A stretch of 45,603 nt of DNA, taken from contig JAYXVV010000175.1 of assembly GCA_036021505.1 (NCBI GenBank), positions 1-45,603 on the forward strand, given 5' to 3'. Below are positions 29,499 to 39,107 of the stretch, in pieces (the stretch's first letter is position 1; each line of letters starts with the position of its first letter). A program made the translations under genes and the position numbers. Below the pieces are notes generated by a model. That model saw only the letters and a list, made by a program, of their open reading frames with translations. It did not search any database and was not told the DNA's origin. The stretch comes from Myxococcota bacterium. Its GTDB lineage: Bacteria > Myxococcota_A > UBA796 > CAJQPC01.

Positions 29499-30761
29499 CT
29501 AAAATCGCCCGTTTGCGAAGGATACACCCACTCCCTGTGTTCCCGAGGTCCCCCTGATGACCGTGGGCAAAGGGACTCCGAGTGACCAACGCCTCTGGCC
29601 ACGCTCCCACAAGGCTGCAAGGGCTGAATCGGACTGGCCGTTGCGCCCGGTGAGGTACCCACCAACGGCTGCACCAATGACCCCCGAGGTGAGGACGACC
29701 GCTGGATACGACTCGTAGTTCCAGCTTCCATACTCCACTCCCATGAAGGCTGTTCCTACTCCCAGAGCAGCACCCGCGACAGCCGACATGTTGATCACAG
29801 CCATTTGCTTTCGAGAGGGACTCCAACGCCTTGTCAAACCAGCAGCAATGGCCATTCCCGCATTGACCGCTCCCGCAAAACGAATGTAGGAGGCTGCGTC
29901 ATCATTGGCCTCCAAGTAGTAGAGCGAGGTGAGGCCCACAACCCCTCCCCAGAGCCCTCCAGTATTGATGAGGGCCATGTCACCGGAAGACAGATCGAGG
30001 TAGTGTCCAGCTGCAGCACCGGCTGTACCCCCCACCAGGGTTCCACCCAGCATGTAGCGCCAATGCCCTCGGTAATCCCTCGGCTTGGCAATGGCGGAGG
30101 CCAGGTATCCGTTCATGAGTCCGGCCCATTCACCCGTAAAGATCGCCATTGCATGCCCCCGATCCATGTCGTAGTGCCGATCCAAGAGATAGGCGCCACC
30201 CACCCCAAGGCCGAGACCCGCCATGGCCATGGTCACCGGAACGGCCGGCTCTCCGGGCTGGAAGGTTCCCCCGGGGAGAAGCACCCCAACAATGCCCGGC
30301 ATCGCTAGCCCTTGATTGATGGCGAGTTCCGCCCACCCCTCTTCCTCATACGCCACTGCGGCCTGCCTCGCCGCCTCTTGCAGAGCGGCATCATCCACAC
30401 GTGGTTTGTCCGCCTTCAAAAGGGCCAATGCCTCCAGTTGCGCGCTCACGCGGGGCAAGAGATCGGTGTCACTGTAGGTGGTCCGAATGCTCTCGAAGAC
30501 GATCTCAGCCTCATCAAACCGACCGTCGCTCACCAGCTCCAGTCCGATTTTGTAGAATGAAGCGGCTTCTAAGCGGTGCAGTTCCTCTTCCGTCGGAAGA
30601 GCGGCGGCGGGAGGATCACCCTCAGGACCGGCTCCATCCTGCGCTGCATCGACCCCTTCAACGGCCGAGGAACGTGCAGCAACCTCCCCCTCTTCATCGC
30701 CTCCCAAACCCTCAGAGTCCTGGGCCAGAACCAAGGAACTCAGCAGCAAATACGTCAGCAT
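29499..30761 (-). CDS. Secreted TPR-like / glycine-zipper membrane protein, hypothetical
   Basis: A signal peptide (MLTYLLLSSLVLA) is followed by an acidic segment and a TPR-like helix pair. The C-terminal half is long, Gly/Ala-rich and hydrophobic, with repeated GxxxG patterns. Confidence 0.6.
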   Translation of the reverse strand: MLTYLLLSSLVLAQDSEGLGGDEEGEVAARSSAVEGVDAAQDGAGPEGDPPAAALPTEEELHRLEAASFYKIGLELVSDGRFDEAEIVFESIRTTYSDTDLLPRVSAQLEALALLKADKPRVDDAALQEAARQAAVAYEEEGWAELAINQGLAMPGIVGVLLPGGTFQPGEPAVPVTMAMAGLGLGVGGAYLLDRHYDMDRGHAMAIFTGEWAGLMNGYLASAIAKPRDYRGHWRYMLGGTLVGGTAGAAAGHYLDLSSGDMALINTGGLWGGVVGLTSLYYLEANDDAASYIRFAGAVNAGMAIAAGLTRRWSPSRKQMAVINMSAVAGAALGVGTAFMGVEYGSWNYESYPAVVLTSGVIGAAVGGYLTGRNGQSDSALAALWERGQRRWSLGVPLPTVIRGTSGTQGVGVSFANGRF

Positions 30762-30899
30762 TTTTTCTCCAAGATGAGCCTGCCCCGACTCTACTGATGG
30801 AGCCTACACCCGCCAAGCATCCCTCGCTTCGGAAACTCCAACTGGGAGTTTGGAAGCGCCCGAGATAGGCTTCCAACAACCTGCCTGGAAGGATGAATC

Positions 30900-31715
30900 A
30901 TGTCAGAAGGATCCGTCGAAGTCGCCATTTCGGGACCGATTGCACACATTGAGTTGAACCAACCCAAGCGGCGCAATGCTCTGCATTGGGACATGTGGGT
31001 TCAGCTCGGCGAGTGTGCAAAGAAGGTCTCTGAAACCCCTGGAGTTCGGGTCGTGATCGTCTCTGGACGAGGGGACCACTTCAGCTCCGGAATGGACCTC
31101 TCGATGGACAACCCAGCCGTGCAACGTCTCGCTCCCGCCATGCTCGCCAAGGACGAGAGCGCCGCGCGAGGATTGATCCAGGACCTGAAGTCCTTCATCC
31201 AGGCGGTTGCGGACCTGCCGATTCCCACCATTGCCGCCATCGAGGGGGCTTGCGTTGGCGGTGGAATGGAGGTGGCCTTGGGGTGCGATATTCGTGTGGC
31301 TGCCAACCATGCCCAATTTGCCCTCAATGAGGTTCACGCCGGAATGGTTCCCGACCTCGGAGGAACCGTCCGAGTGACCCGGATCGCAGGCACGGGTCGA
31401 GCCGCCGACCTCATCCTCACTGCCCGACGAATCGGAGCCATCGAGGCCAAAGAATGGGGCCTTGTCCAGCGTACCTGTGAGCCTGGAGAAGCCTTGGCCA
31501 CCGCTCAGAACATCGCTGAGCAAATTCTCAACAATGCACCCATTGCTGTCTCCAGGGCGCTCAGCACCATTCGAGCCACACCCGACCTGACCGAGGAGGA
31601 AGCCTTGGAGGTTGAGACTGAAGCCGGTGTTGCTGCCCTCACCTCGGGTGAACCTGCCGTAGGAATCCAGGCCTTTCTCGCCAAAAAACGTCCGGATTGG
31701 ACCCAGGTGAGCTGA
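30900..31715 (+). CDS. Enoyl-CoA hydratase/isomerase (crotonase) family protein
   Basis: Crotonase-fold motifs are present (IELNQPKRRNAL, SGRGDHFSSGMDL, AAIEGACVGGGMEVAL). Confidence 0.8.
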   Translation: MSEGSVEVAISGPIAHIELNQPKRRNALHWDMWVQLGECAKKVSETPGVRVVIVSGRGDHFSSGMDLSMDNPAVQRLAPAMLAKDESAARGLIQDLKSFIQAVADLPIPTIAAIEGACVGGGMEVALGCDIRVAANHAQFALNEVHAGMVPDLGGTVRVTRIAGTGRAADLILTARRIGAIEAKEWGLVQRTCEPGEALATAQNIAEQILNNAPIAVSRALSTIRATPDLTEEEALEVETEAGVAALTSGEPAVGIQAFLAKKRPDWTQVS

Positions 31716-31716
31716 C

Positions 31717-33429
31717 ATGGCGTTTCTGATTCTCTTCATTTTGGCATCGGTCGTAGGCGTCGGGTTTCGACTGCGTCAACCGCTGCTCATCGCCGCTGCA
31801 ACAGGTGCGGGACTCGGTCTGGCATCCCCTCCCATCAGCTTCTGGTGGTTGCATTGGGTGTTGTGGGTTCCCGTCATTGTCTTGATGCGTACCGGTTCCT
31901 GGAAAACCAATTTTCGAGTCGGCTACCTTGCGGGTCTGGTGGGCTTAGCGACCTGCTTTTTCTGGATCTCGGAAGCCATCATCCACTACTCGAACCTGCC
32001 CAAAGCATTGGCCCTGCTCGCAGTGCTGCTGTTTGCAGCCGCCTACGCGGTCCCTATGGCCATTGCCTTTGCGAGTGTCGCACCCTTGCGAAGACACTTT
32101 CCACGAGCCTGGATTTTTCTCGTACCCGCTGTCGCTGTTGCATCCGAGTTTGCCCTCTTGGCTGTGGATCAAATCGCGGGCGTGCGACTCGCACTCTTCC
32201 CCTATTTCCAAGGCGCCACTCAGTATCGGGTTCTGGAGCTGGTCCAGATCGCTTCGATTTCGGGCATCTACACCCTCACCTACCTCCTCTACCTCACCAA
32301 CTGCGCCGTGGCGGAGTGTGTCTTTCGACGGGTCGAAGGGCAACCCATTCCCTGGAAGATCCCCGCGTCTGCGTTCGCAATCGTACTCCTGAACGCCAGC
32401 TGGGGTGCACTGCGTGTGGAACGGGTGGATTCTGAAGTGGCCACCTGGCCGACGGCTCGTATCACCCAGCTTCAGCAAGACCTCACCATGGAAGAACGGA
32501 TGCAAAAGGCCGCTAGGGGTGCCCGCTCTGGTGGTGGCGGTCTCACCAAACTTGAGGACGTGCAGAGCGAGGCGGAGGAGGATCAATCCGATCCACTACT
32601 GAGCTGTCCAGATGCCCTGTGCACCTGGAGCCACCTGACCGGCAAACTTCGAGGGGAGCAAGTCGACCTCGTCGTCTATCCGGAGGGATCCATTTTGCGT
32701 GACCCAAGACGGGGACGTACCGCTCGCCGACTGATGTGGGAATCCCAGCAAGCCGACGCCCCGATTCTTCTAGGAGCCGGGTACCGAGACCGCCGCTCAG
32801 ACGGCACCCACTCAGACCACAACAGCGTCTTTCTCTTTGGTGAAGACGGCATCGATCAGATTTACAACAAGATGGTGTTGTTGCCCTTTGGCGAATTCAT
32901 CCCATTTTCGGGGACCTTTCCCATCTTGAAGGAGTGGATTCAAGGCCCGGGAGATTTCTCACCCGGCGAGCAATCGACGGCGTTCACCATTGAAGCCCGT
33001 GGGGACCGACCTGCCTTCACCTTCTACACGCCCGTCTGCTACGAGGCGATCATTCCTCACTTCATGCGCCGACACATGTCGGATTCCGATCTGTTGGTGA
33101 ACATCACCAACGACGGCTGGTTTGGTGACACCATGGCCCCCCACCAGCACGCGATGCTTGCCGTCGCACGGACCATCGAACTTGGCATCCCGATGTACCG
33201 CTTGGGCTTTACCGGGGTCTCCATGACCGCGACCCCCTCCGGCGCGATTGACAACGAAACCGGTGCCTTTGAACGCGTTGCTCGCATCGTGGAGGTACCC
33301 CTCGGACAAGTGGATACCCTCTACCGCAAACTCGGGGACTGGTTCGGCTGGCTGTGTACCCTGCTGAGCCTCGGACTGTGGCTGATTTTGAGAAGGAAAT
33401 CTGTCACACCTGCCGATGCCCAAGCGTAA
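31717..33429 (+). CDS. lnt: Apolipoprotein N-acyltransferase Lnt
   Basis: It has an N-terminal multi-TM domain and a C-terminal CN-hydrolase domain with the catalytic E (VVYPEGS), K and C (PVCYEAI). The start lies 1 nt after the enoyl-CoA hydratase stop. Confidence 0.85.
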   Translation: MAFLILFILASVVGVGFRLRQPLLIAAATGAGLGLASPPISFWWLHWVLWVPVIVLMRTGSWKTNFRVGYLAGLVGLATCFFWISEAIIHYSNLPKALALLAVLLFAAAYAVPMAIAFASVAPLRRHFPRAWIFLVPAVAVASEFALLAVDQIAGVRLALFPYFQGATQYRVLELVQIASISGIYTLTYLLYLTNCAVAECVFRRVEGQPIPWKIPASAFAIVLLNASWGALRVERVDSEVATWPTARITQLQQDLTMEERMQKAARGARSGGGGLTKLEDVQSEAEEDQSDPLLSCPDALCTWSHLTGKLRGEQVDLVVYPEGSILRDPRRGRTARRLMWESQQADAPILLGAGYRDRRSDGTHSDHNSVFLFGEDGIDQIYNKMVLLPFGEFIPFSGTFPILKEWIQGPGDFSPGEQSTAFTIEARGDRPAFTFYTPVCYEAIIPHFMRRHMSDSDLLVNITNDGWFGDTMAPHQHAMLAVARTIELGIPMYRLGFTGVSMTATPSGAIDNETGAFERVARIVEVPLGQVDTLYRKLGDWFGWLCTLLSLGLWLILRRKSVTPADAQA

Positions 33430-33448
33430 TCGGGTGTAGTTTAGGGAA

Positions 33449-33976
33449 ATGACCCTGAGCGCGTGTACCGACGAGGACTTGATGCTTCAAGTGCAGCAAG
33501 GTGATGAACAGGCCTACTCGGAGCTCTTCGCCCGACACAAGCGGTCTGTCTTTGGCTACACCTCGCGTTTCATTCGTGATGAGGCTCGCGCCCAAGAGGT
33601 GTTTCAAGACACCTGGCTCAAAGTCCACCGTTCTCGCCACACCTACCGCCAAGGGGCTCGCTTCAAAACCTGGCTGTTCACCATCGCAGCCAACACCACA
33701 CGGGATGCCTACCGAAGCAGTCAGCGGCGCATCCAGACCGTGGACAGCCCGGTTGAAGCCCGGTCTGCACACCACCGGCCCAGCGACCATGCAGACCTTC
33801 ACACCGCGATCGAGGGTCTTCCCGATTCTCTTCGAGAGGCCTTCTACATGGGGGCTGTCCAAGGCTTCGATCACAACGAGGTCGCCGAGGCCCTCGGCAT
33901 CAGCCCTGCCAACGCGAGGGCCCGAATTTCCAGAGCCCGAGCGCAGCTGCGGGAAATTCTGAAGGGGGATGCATGA
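33449..33976 (+). CDS. ECF-family RNA polymerase sigma factor (sigma-70 region 2 and region 4)
   Basis: Region 2 (SELFARHKRSVFGYTSRFIRDEARAQEVFQDTWLKVH) and region 4 (LPDSLREAFYMGAVQGFDHNEVAEALGISPANARARISRARAQLRE) are both present. Confidence 0.85.
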   Translation: MTLSACTDEDLMLQVQQGDEQAYSELFARHKRSVFGYTSRFIRDEARAQEVFQDTWLKVHRSRHTYRQGARFKTWLFTIAANTTRDAYRSSQRRIQTVDSPVEARSAHHRPSDHADLHTAIEGLPDSLREAFYMGAVQGFDHNEVAEALGISPANARARISRARAQLREILKGDA

Positions 33977-34698
33977 GCGATCCCCAACTTTTGGACTATC
34001 TCCTCGGTGAGGGACCCGAACCCCGCCCCGGTCAGCTTGCCGACTTCACGGAAGAGGCGCTTCCAGATGGCCTCGAGGAACGGACGCTCAACCGAGTCGC
34101 CGTCGAACGGACCCGACTCAGCCCTGCCGTGCAACAGCACACTTGGAGGCGAGCTTGGGCCGTCGGACTGGCCATCGCGGCTTCCTTTGTGATCGCACTT
34201 ACCATCCCTGAAAGCAGCGAGACTCCTCAGGGAAACCTCGAGAACATGACAGCCAAAGGTCTGGTACAGAGCGCCCCCATGGTTCACCTGAAGCTCGCTC
34301 GTATGGAGAGCGGCGAGGCCGTGCGTCACCGCAGCGACAGAGCCTACCGTGCAGGCGAGTCTCTGCTCTTTCGAGTCCAGTCCAACTCCTCGGGATGGAT
34401 CACGCTCCTGAATGCTCAAGGAGACCGGCTTTCGGCCGTTCTGCAGACACAGGTCGAAGTGGGTGACAACGACCTCGTCCTGCCCAACGGAGAAATCGCA
34501 CAGTGGCAGTTCGACTCGACGGACCAGTCGGGCTTCTTTGCAGTGATCTCCTCGGAGTCGCCCTTGCCCAGTGAGACCCTTGTTCAACAGCTCCGAGCTG
34601 CCGCCGATGAGCGCCCCTTTCAGGTAAGGTCCTTTTGCCTCACGGCTCAAGCTCTGGGTTGGCAATGTGATGCAATCGAAGTCATGGTGACCCAGTGA
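33973..34698 (+). CDS. Putative anti-sigma factor (single-pass membrane protein with a periplasmic domain)
   Basis: It is translationally coupled to the ECF sigma (ATGA overlap). It has a short cytoplasmic N-terminus, one TM helix (WAVGLAIAASFVIALTI) and a ~150-aa periplasmic beta-rich domain. Confidence 0.6.
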   Translation: MSDPQLLDYLLGEGPEPRPGQLADFTEEALPDGLEERTLNRVAVERTRLSPAVQQHTWRRAWAVGLAIAASFVIALTIPESSETPQGNLENMTAKGLVQSAPMVHLKLARMESGEAVRHRSDRAYRAGESLLFRVQSNSSGWITLLNAQGDRLSAVLQTQVEVGDNDLVLPNGEIAQWQFDSTDQSGFFAVISSESPLPSETLVQQLRAAADERPFQVRSFCLTAQALGWQCDAIEVMVTQ

Positions 34699-36305
34699 TG
34701 TCCTCTCTCCTGCTGCTGACTCTGTCGACCTCTTGGGCCGGATCCCTGTCCGGTGCGGAGGCCCCTTCTCAACTCGAGCAGGCCTACAAGAGCAAACGTG
34801 TTGGGGTCTTCATTGGCGTGGACCACTACGGCGATTCCGAACTGGATGACCTTGCCTTCGCCGGAAAGGATGCCCGTGATCTTGCAGCGACCTTGGAGCG
34901 CAATGGAAATTTCGATGAACTCCATGTCCTCAATGGAGCGGAGCACACCACACGCTCGGGGATCCTCACCGCCATCGATGAGGCCACTGCGGATTTGCAG
35001 CGCGACGACACCTTCTTGCTCTACCTCTCGGGTCACGGCACCCTGACCATCGACCCGCGGGATGGCACCAAGCTTTGGTTTCTGCCCTCTGACGGCGCAT
35101 TGGAAACCGCTCCCCATTCGGGCATCGACATCGCCTGGCTAGAGGACCGCGTGGCGGCCGTTGCAGCACGAAGACGCGTTCTGATGATGGACACTTGCCA
35201 CAACGGCCGAGACAAATCGTCTTTAGCCCCGGAGACCGCCAATGTGCTTGCAGGCCTGCGAGGCGATCCACCACCGCCCCGCAGTTTTCGCGAGGTATCG
35301 GAGTCGGAAGCTCGCCTCTACGCCGCTCAGTACTACCAACCCGCAATGGAAGACCCCGACCTCAAGAACGGCGTCTACACCCACTATGTGTTGGAGGCGC
35401 TCGACGCCGGTGCGGAGAGAGCCGACCTCGACGGCGATGGCTTGGTGGATGTCACCGAAGCTCACGACTGGGCCCGAGACAAAACCATCGCCCATACTGG
35501 TGGGATGCAGGTTCCGCGTGCTGAATACCGAATCGTTGGGCGCGAGGAAATCTACCTCGCCGGCAGTGAGGCCACGAGAAACGCTGCTGAGAAAGCCCTC
35601 GTGACCGCTCAAGACAGCATTCTTGCTCGAGGAAGAGTGCTTGTGAACGGCCAGTCTCGTGGTGTTCTTCCGGAACTCGTGGCCATCGACCCAGGCACCC
35701 ATCGAATCGAGGTTGTCGATGAGCAGGGCCGACAACTCCTGAAGCGAACGATCCGAATCCAGGCCGGAGAGACCGTCATGCTCGAGGATCTCTTTGTCCC
35801 GAGGAGAGCGGGATGGGAGGTGTTGGCAGGAACCGGTATTCGCCAAGGGTCCGGGGCCGATGTGTTTCACCCTCTCAGCGCTCGGGTAGAGCTCAACCGA
35901 TACGATGCTTTCTTGAGCTCCGAGGACTGGCTCGAGCTCGGTACTCATGCGCGGTTTGCCTTTGCAAGAGGCACGCTCGCGGAACAAGGCCCCCTCGTCC
36001 ATGTCGACAGCGGAGAGGTGGCTGTGGGCCTCTCAGCAGGCCTGAGGATGCTGGCTGGCAGGATCCAGTTCGGCCCGGAGCTCGACCTGGCTTTGCCATG
36101 GCGTGTGTTCACCGACACCGAGGGACTCCACAGACAATCGGGGCTCAGCCCCATTCCCGGATTGCGGGCGCAGGTCAGGTTGCCTTTTGGAAAACAACAC
36201 GCCACCCTCCGCTACTCGGGCAGGTTGGTTCCCTATGCCTACGATGGTTCTTGGACCCGTTTCACCGAACACAACTTCGCTCTCGGCTGGGGAAGACTGG
36301 ATTAG
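34695..36305 (+). CDS. Secreted caspase-domain protein (peptidase C14, orthocaspase-like) with a PEGA-like and C-terminal beta-rich region
   Basis: A signal peptide leads into a caspase catalytic dyad in the expected order, His in YLSGHGT and Cys in MMDTCHNGRD. A PEGA-like segment follows (RVLVNGQSRGVLPELVAIDPGTHRIEV). The start overlaps the anti-sigma stop. Confidence 0.8.
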   Translation: MMSSLLLLTLSTSWAGSLSGAEAPSQLEQAYKSKRVGVFIGVDHYGDSELDDLAFAGKDARDLAATLERNGNFDELHVLNGAEHTTRSGILTAIDEATADLQRDDTFLLYLSGHGTLTIDPRDGTKLWFLPSDGALETAPHSGIDIAWLEDRVAAVAARRRVLMMDTCHNGRDKSSLAPETANVLAGLRGDPPPPRSFREVSESEARLYAAQYYQPAMEDPDLKNGVYTHYVLEALDAGAERADLDGDGLVDVTEAHDWARDKTIAHTGGMQVPRAEYRIVGREEIYLAGSEATRNAAEKALVTAQDSILARGRVLVNGQSRGVLPELVAIDPGTHRIEVVDEQGRQLLKRTIRIQAGETVMLEDLFVPRRAGWEVLAGTGIRQGSGADVFHPLSARVELNRYDAFLSSEDWLELGTHARFAFARGTLAEQGPLVHVDSGEVAVGLSAGLRMLAGRIQFGPELDLALPWRVFTDTEGLHRQSGLSPIPGLRAQVRLPFGKQHATLRYSGRLVPYAYDGSWTRFTEHNFALGWGRLD

Positions 36306-36339
36306 CGCAGGCCCTACCCACATGGGGTAAGCTCCCTTC

Positions 36340-37869
36340 ATGCATCGCTTGCTCATCACCGCAGCCCTTGTGGCGTGTGAACCATTCGGACCGGGCGGAG
36401 ACCCCCCAGAGCCCCCAAGGGGTGAGGGGCAGCTGTACATCGACACCGACTCCTTGGATTTCGGAGCCATCTCAGTGCAGGACGATGAGTTTCCGGTGCT
36501 GGAACTGAGGGTTCGAAACAGCGGAACGGGCCTCCTAAAAGTCGTCGGCCTCAACCATCCCTTGGGCGATGAGGAGGCCTTCAAGACCAATGCCCCTCCT
36601 CTGCTCGAGCTCACCCCCAACGAATCGTTCACGGTCTCTGTCGAGTTTCTTCCTCAGAGTTCAGAGGATTACAACGCTACGCTGCTTCCCAACGGCCTTT
36701 TCGAGATTGCCCTCTCGGGCACGGGACTGGCTCCTCAGCTCACGACATCGCCCCAGGATTTGCACTTCGAGAGCCAGCCGATCGGCTGCAACCAACAGCA
36801 GCAGCTTGTTCTCGAAAACCGGGGAGAGGAGCCGCTGCATCTCGAGCACATCGGGGTGAGTGGCAGCCCCGCTTTTGTGGTCGACAGCGAGTTTCCCTTG
36901 ACCCTTGAACCCGGCGAGCAAAGCACGAGTATCGTGGTGTTTTCCCCCTCCACTGGGGGCATGCACAGCAGTGTTCTGGCCATCGAGAGCAACGACCCGA
37001 TTCATCCAACAACCGTTTTTCCGCTGGCGGCTATCGGTTTTGAAGGAGAGGAGGTCCACGAGACCCACGCTTACCACCCGACAGGCAGGGCCGACATTCT
37101 CTTTCTCCTGAACGAGCGCCTCAGCGTCCGCAATCATCTTGCCACGACCACAGAGGCCTTAGAGGACTTTCTCACCGAGCTCCAAGGGCTGGACTGGCGG
37201 ATTGCAGCCAGCAACATGAGCGCAACGTGCACTTTAGGACCAACCCCTTGGCTGGACTCGAGCGACGCCATGGACACCAGCAGCACCGCCCTGTACAACG
37301 CGTTTTGGATGGCGGGAAGTGGAGGAACGAGTCTTTTTGACAAGGCCTCGCTCTTGCTCGAGCGAACCGACCCTGGAGACTGTTTCGATGGGTTTCTTCG
37401 CGAAAACAGTCTGCTGCAACTGGCTTTCATCACCGATCAGCCCGAAACCTCCACAGGGAGTGTCACGGGCCACTTGGAAGCGCTTACAAACCAGCTTTCT
37501 GAAAACCAAAGCCTCGTCATCTCCTCTCTGAGTGGCAAAGACTACGGAAGCTGCAGCAACAGTCCAAGACTCGCAGAAGCGGTGGAGGACACCAACGGAA
37601 GCCACCACGATCTCTGCAACAACAACCTGGAAAACTTCCTCTTGGATCTCTCCTCTCGCGCACGCGACCAGATTGAGCAAAGCGTTTCTTTTGCCCTCCA
37701 GGAGCTTCCTGTGGTCTCGACGCTGTCCTTGCGGCATGAAAATCAACTCCTGCACTCTTGGCAGTACCTCTCCTCAGGCAATCGCATCGTGTTGGACGGT
37801 GAGGCGAATGCGCTCCACGAGGGCGCAGAAATCGAGGTGGACTACCTCGCTGCCGTGGCCTGCGAATGA
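36340..37869 (+). CDS. Hypothetical lipoprotein with two Ig-like repeat domains plus a C-terminal domain of unknown function
   Basis: It has an LVAC lipobox. Two repeats with a DFG...L.L...N.G...L.V pattern are present (LDFGAISVQDDEFPVLELRVRNSGTGLLKV and LHFESQPIGCNQQQQLVLENRGEEPLHLEHI). A ~280-aa C-terminal region follows. Confidence 0.6.
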   Translation: MHRLLITAALVACEPFGPGGDPPEPPRGEGQLYIDTDSLDFGAISVQDDEFPVLELRVRNSGTGLLKVVGLNHPLGDEEAFKTNAPPLLELTPNESFTVSVEFLPQSSEDYNATLLPNGLFEIALSGTGLAPQLTTSPQDLHFESQPIGCNQQQQLVLENRGEEPLHLEHIGVSGSPAFVVDSEFPLTLEPGEQSTSIVVFSPSTGGMHSSVLAIESNDPIHPTTVFPLAAIGFEGEEVHETHAYHPTGRADILFLLNERLSVRNHLATTTEALEDFLTELQGLDWRIAASNMSATCTLGPTPWLDSSDAMDTSSTALYNAFWMAGSGGTSLFDKASLLLERTDPGDCFDGFLRENSLLQLAFITDQPETSTGSVTGHLEALTNQLSENQSLVISSLSGKDYGSCSNSPRLAEAVEDTNGSHHDLCNNNLENFLLDLSSRARDQIEQSVSFALQELPVVSTLSLRHENQLLHSWQYLSSGNRIVLDGEANALHEGAEIEVDYLAAVACE

Positions 37870-38435
37870 AAGCCGTTCTCTTCTCACTTTGGATTCTCAG
37901 CGGCGGCTTACTGGCCTGCACGTCTCCGGAAACATGCCCCAGTGAAGCCCAAGAAACCGGCATTCAGGTTGGGAGCATTTCAGATGCATGCCGCTGCGAG
38001 GAAGCCTCTTTCGATTTGGGAACCGGCGACGCCCAGTTTGAAACCGTAGCGGAGGGTGAGGAAGTCACCATGATCTACGGGCCCCAGGGAGGCTGGCACA
38101 TCTGGGGTAGCGTTCGCGTTCGAAACACCCGAGATGTCATCAAAATCCACTTCACGGCATCCGATACAGTGTCACAGAGCTATGTGGTCGACGTGACCAC
38201 CCAGGTTGCGCTCGCTATGGAAGACGACTGCACCGGGACCTACACAGGGATGTACGGCTTCTTGGACACCGATCCGTTGATCGACGGCGACCGCGACACA
38301 CCTCCTGAGCTTCTCTGCTACCACGAGTTGCTGCTGACCATGACACTCACCGACACCGCTGGTCGTCGCCTCGAGCAAACTCGCCGGGTCATTGCCGCCC
38401 CAGACCAAGCCGACGCCGACGTGTGCTCTCCCTAA
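37866..38435 (+). CDS. Hypothetical Cys-containing lipoprotein
   Basis: It has an LLAC lipobox and an ATGA overlap with the upstream lipoprotein gene. Confidence 0.55.
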   Translation: MKAVLFSLWILSGGLLACTSPETCPSEAQETGIQVGSISDACRCEEASFDLGTGDAQFETVAEGEEVTMIYGPQGGWHIWGSVRVRNTRDVIKIHFTASDTVSQSYVVDVTTQVALAMEDDCTGTYTGMYGFLDTDPLIDGDRDTPPELLCYHELLLTMTLTDTAGRRLEQTRRVIAAPDQADADVCSP

Positions 38436-38526
38436 AAAAGAAAAGCTTCCCCCGCGTGGCCCTCACCGCAAGAAATGGAGGAGACGCAAATGCCGAGTCA
38501 GGGATCGGCGGGGAAAGCGTAATCTT

Positions 38527-38545
38527 CGCGCACGTGCCACGTGCG
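38527..38545. promoter_or_regulatory. Perfect 19-bp palindrome GCGCACGTGcCACGTGCGC
   Basis: The 9-bp arms are separated by 1 nt and contain CACGTG cores. The palindrome sits in the 240-bp convergent intergenic region and is not followed by a T-tract on either strand. Confidence 0.4.
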
Positions 38546-38676
38546 CCACCCTCTGAAAATAAGATCCAGATTCACCCAGCAGCAAGATCTTTTTTCCCTC
38601 ACCCCAAAAAAGAGCCTCCCGTTGAGTGGAAACCGAAGAACCCAACGGGGGTCAGCAGCGGGATGTTTACCGGGAA

Positions 38677-39048
38677 TCAGTTCCGTGAAAGCTGACGGTC
38701 AACCTCGATCCCAAGAGTCTTGAGAGAGAAGGGTTTCCGCAGGAGGCTGCCCCCCATTCGAAAGACGGTCTGCTCGGAGAGCTCTGCCGAAGTTCTACCC
38801 GTGGAGATCACCACTTGCGTTTCCGGGAAGCGCGCTCGAATGAGATCGAAGACCGCACGACCATTGACTCCAGCCATCTGCCAATCCACGACGGCTACCT
38901 CAAAGCCTGCTTGGGGCCCATTCAGAATGTGAAGGGCCTGTACCCCTGATTCCGCCACGACAACCTCGTAGCCCAAACCCTGCAGATACTCTGCCTGAAC
39001 CTCACGAATCACCCGTTCGTCATCGACGATCAGTACCCTGCGCTTCAT
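38677..39048 (-). CDS. Stand-alone response regulator receiver (CheY-like)
   Basis: It consists of a REC domain only (VLIVDDERVIR...VVDWQMAGVNG...LRKPF). Confidence 0.8.
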   Translation of the reverse strand: MKRRVLIVDDERVIREVQAEYLQGLGYEVVVAESGVQALHILNGPQAGFEVAVVDWQMAGVNGRAVFDLIRARFPETQVVISTGRTSAELSEQTVFRMGGSLLRKPFSLKTLGIEVDRQLSRN

Positions 39049-39107
39049 CGTTGCCTCGGTTGCCGAAACGAGCCTACCAAAATCAATCCAGAATCGAAAG
39101 AGAAGAT

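Noticed and set aside
35223-36002. 259-aa minus-strand ORF inside the caspase gene
   Set aside because: It is antisense. The caspase frame has a signal peptide and a catalytic dyad.
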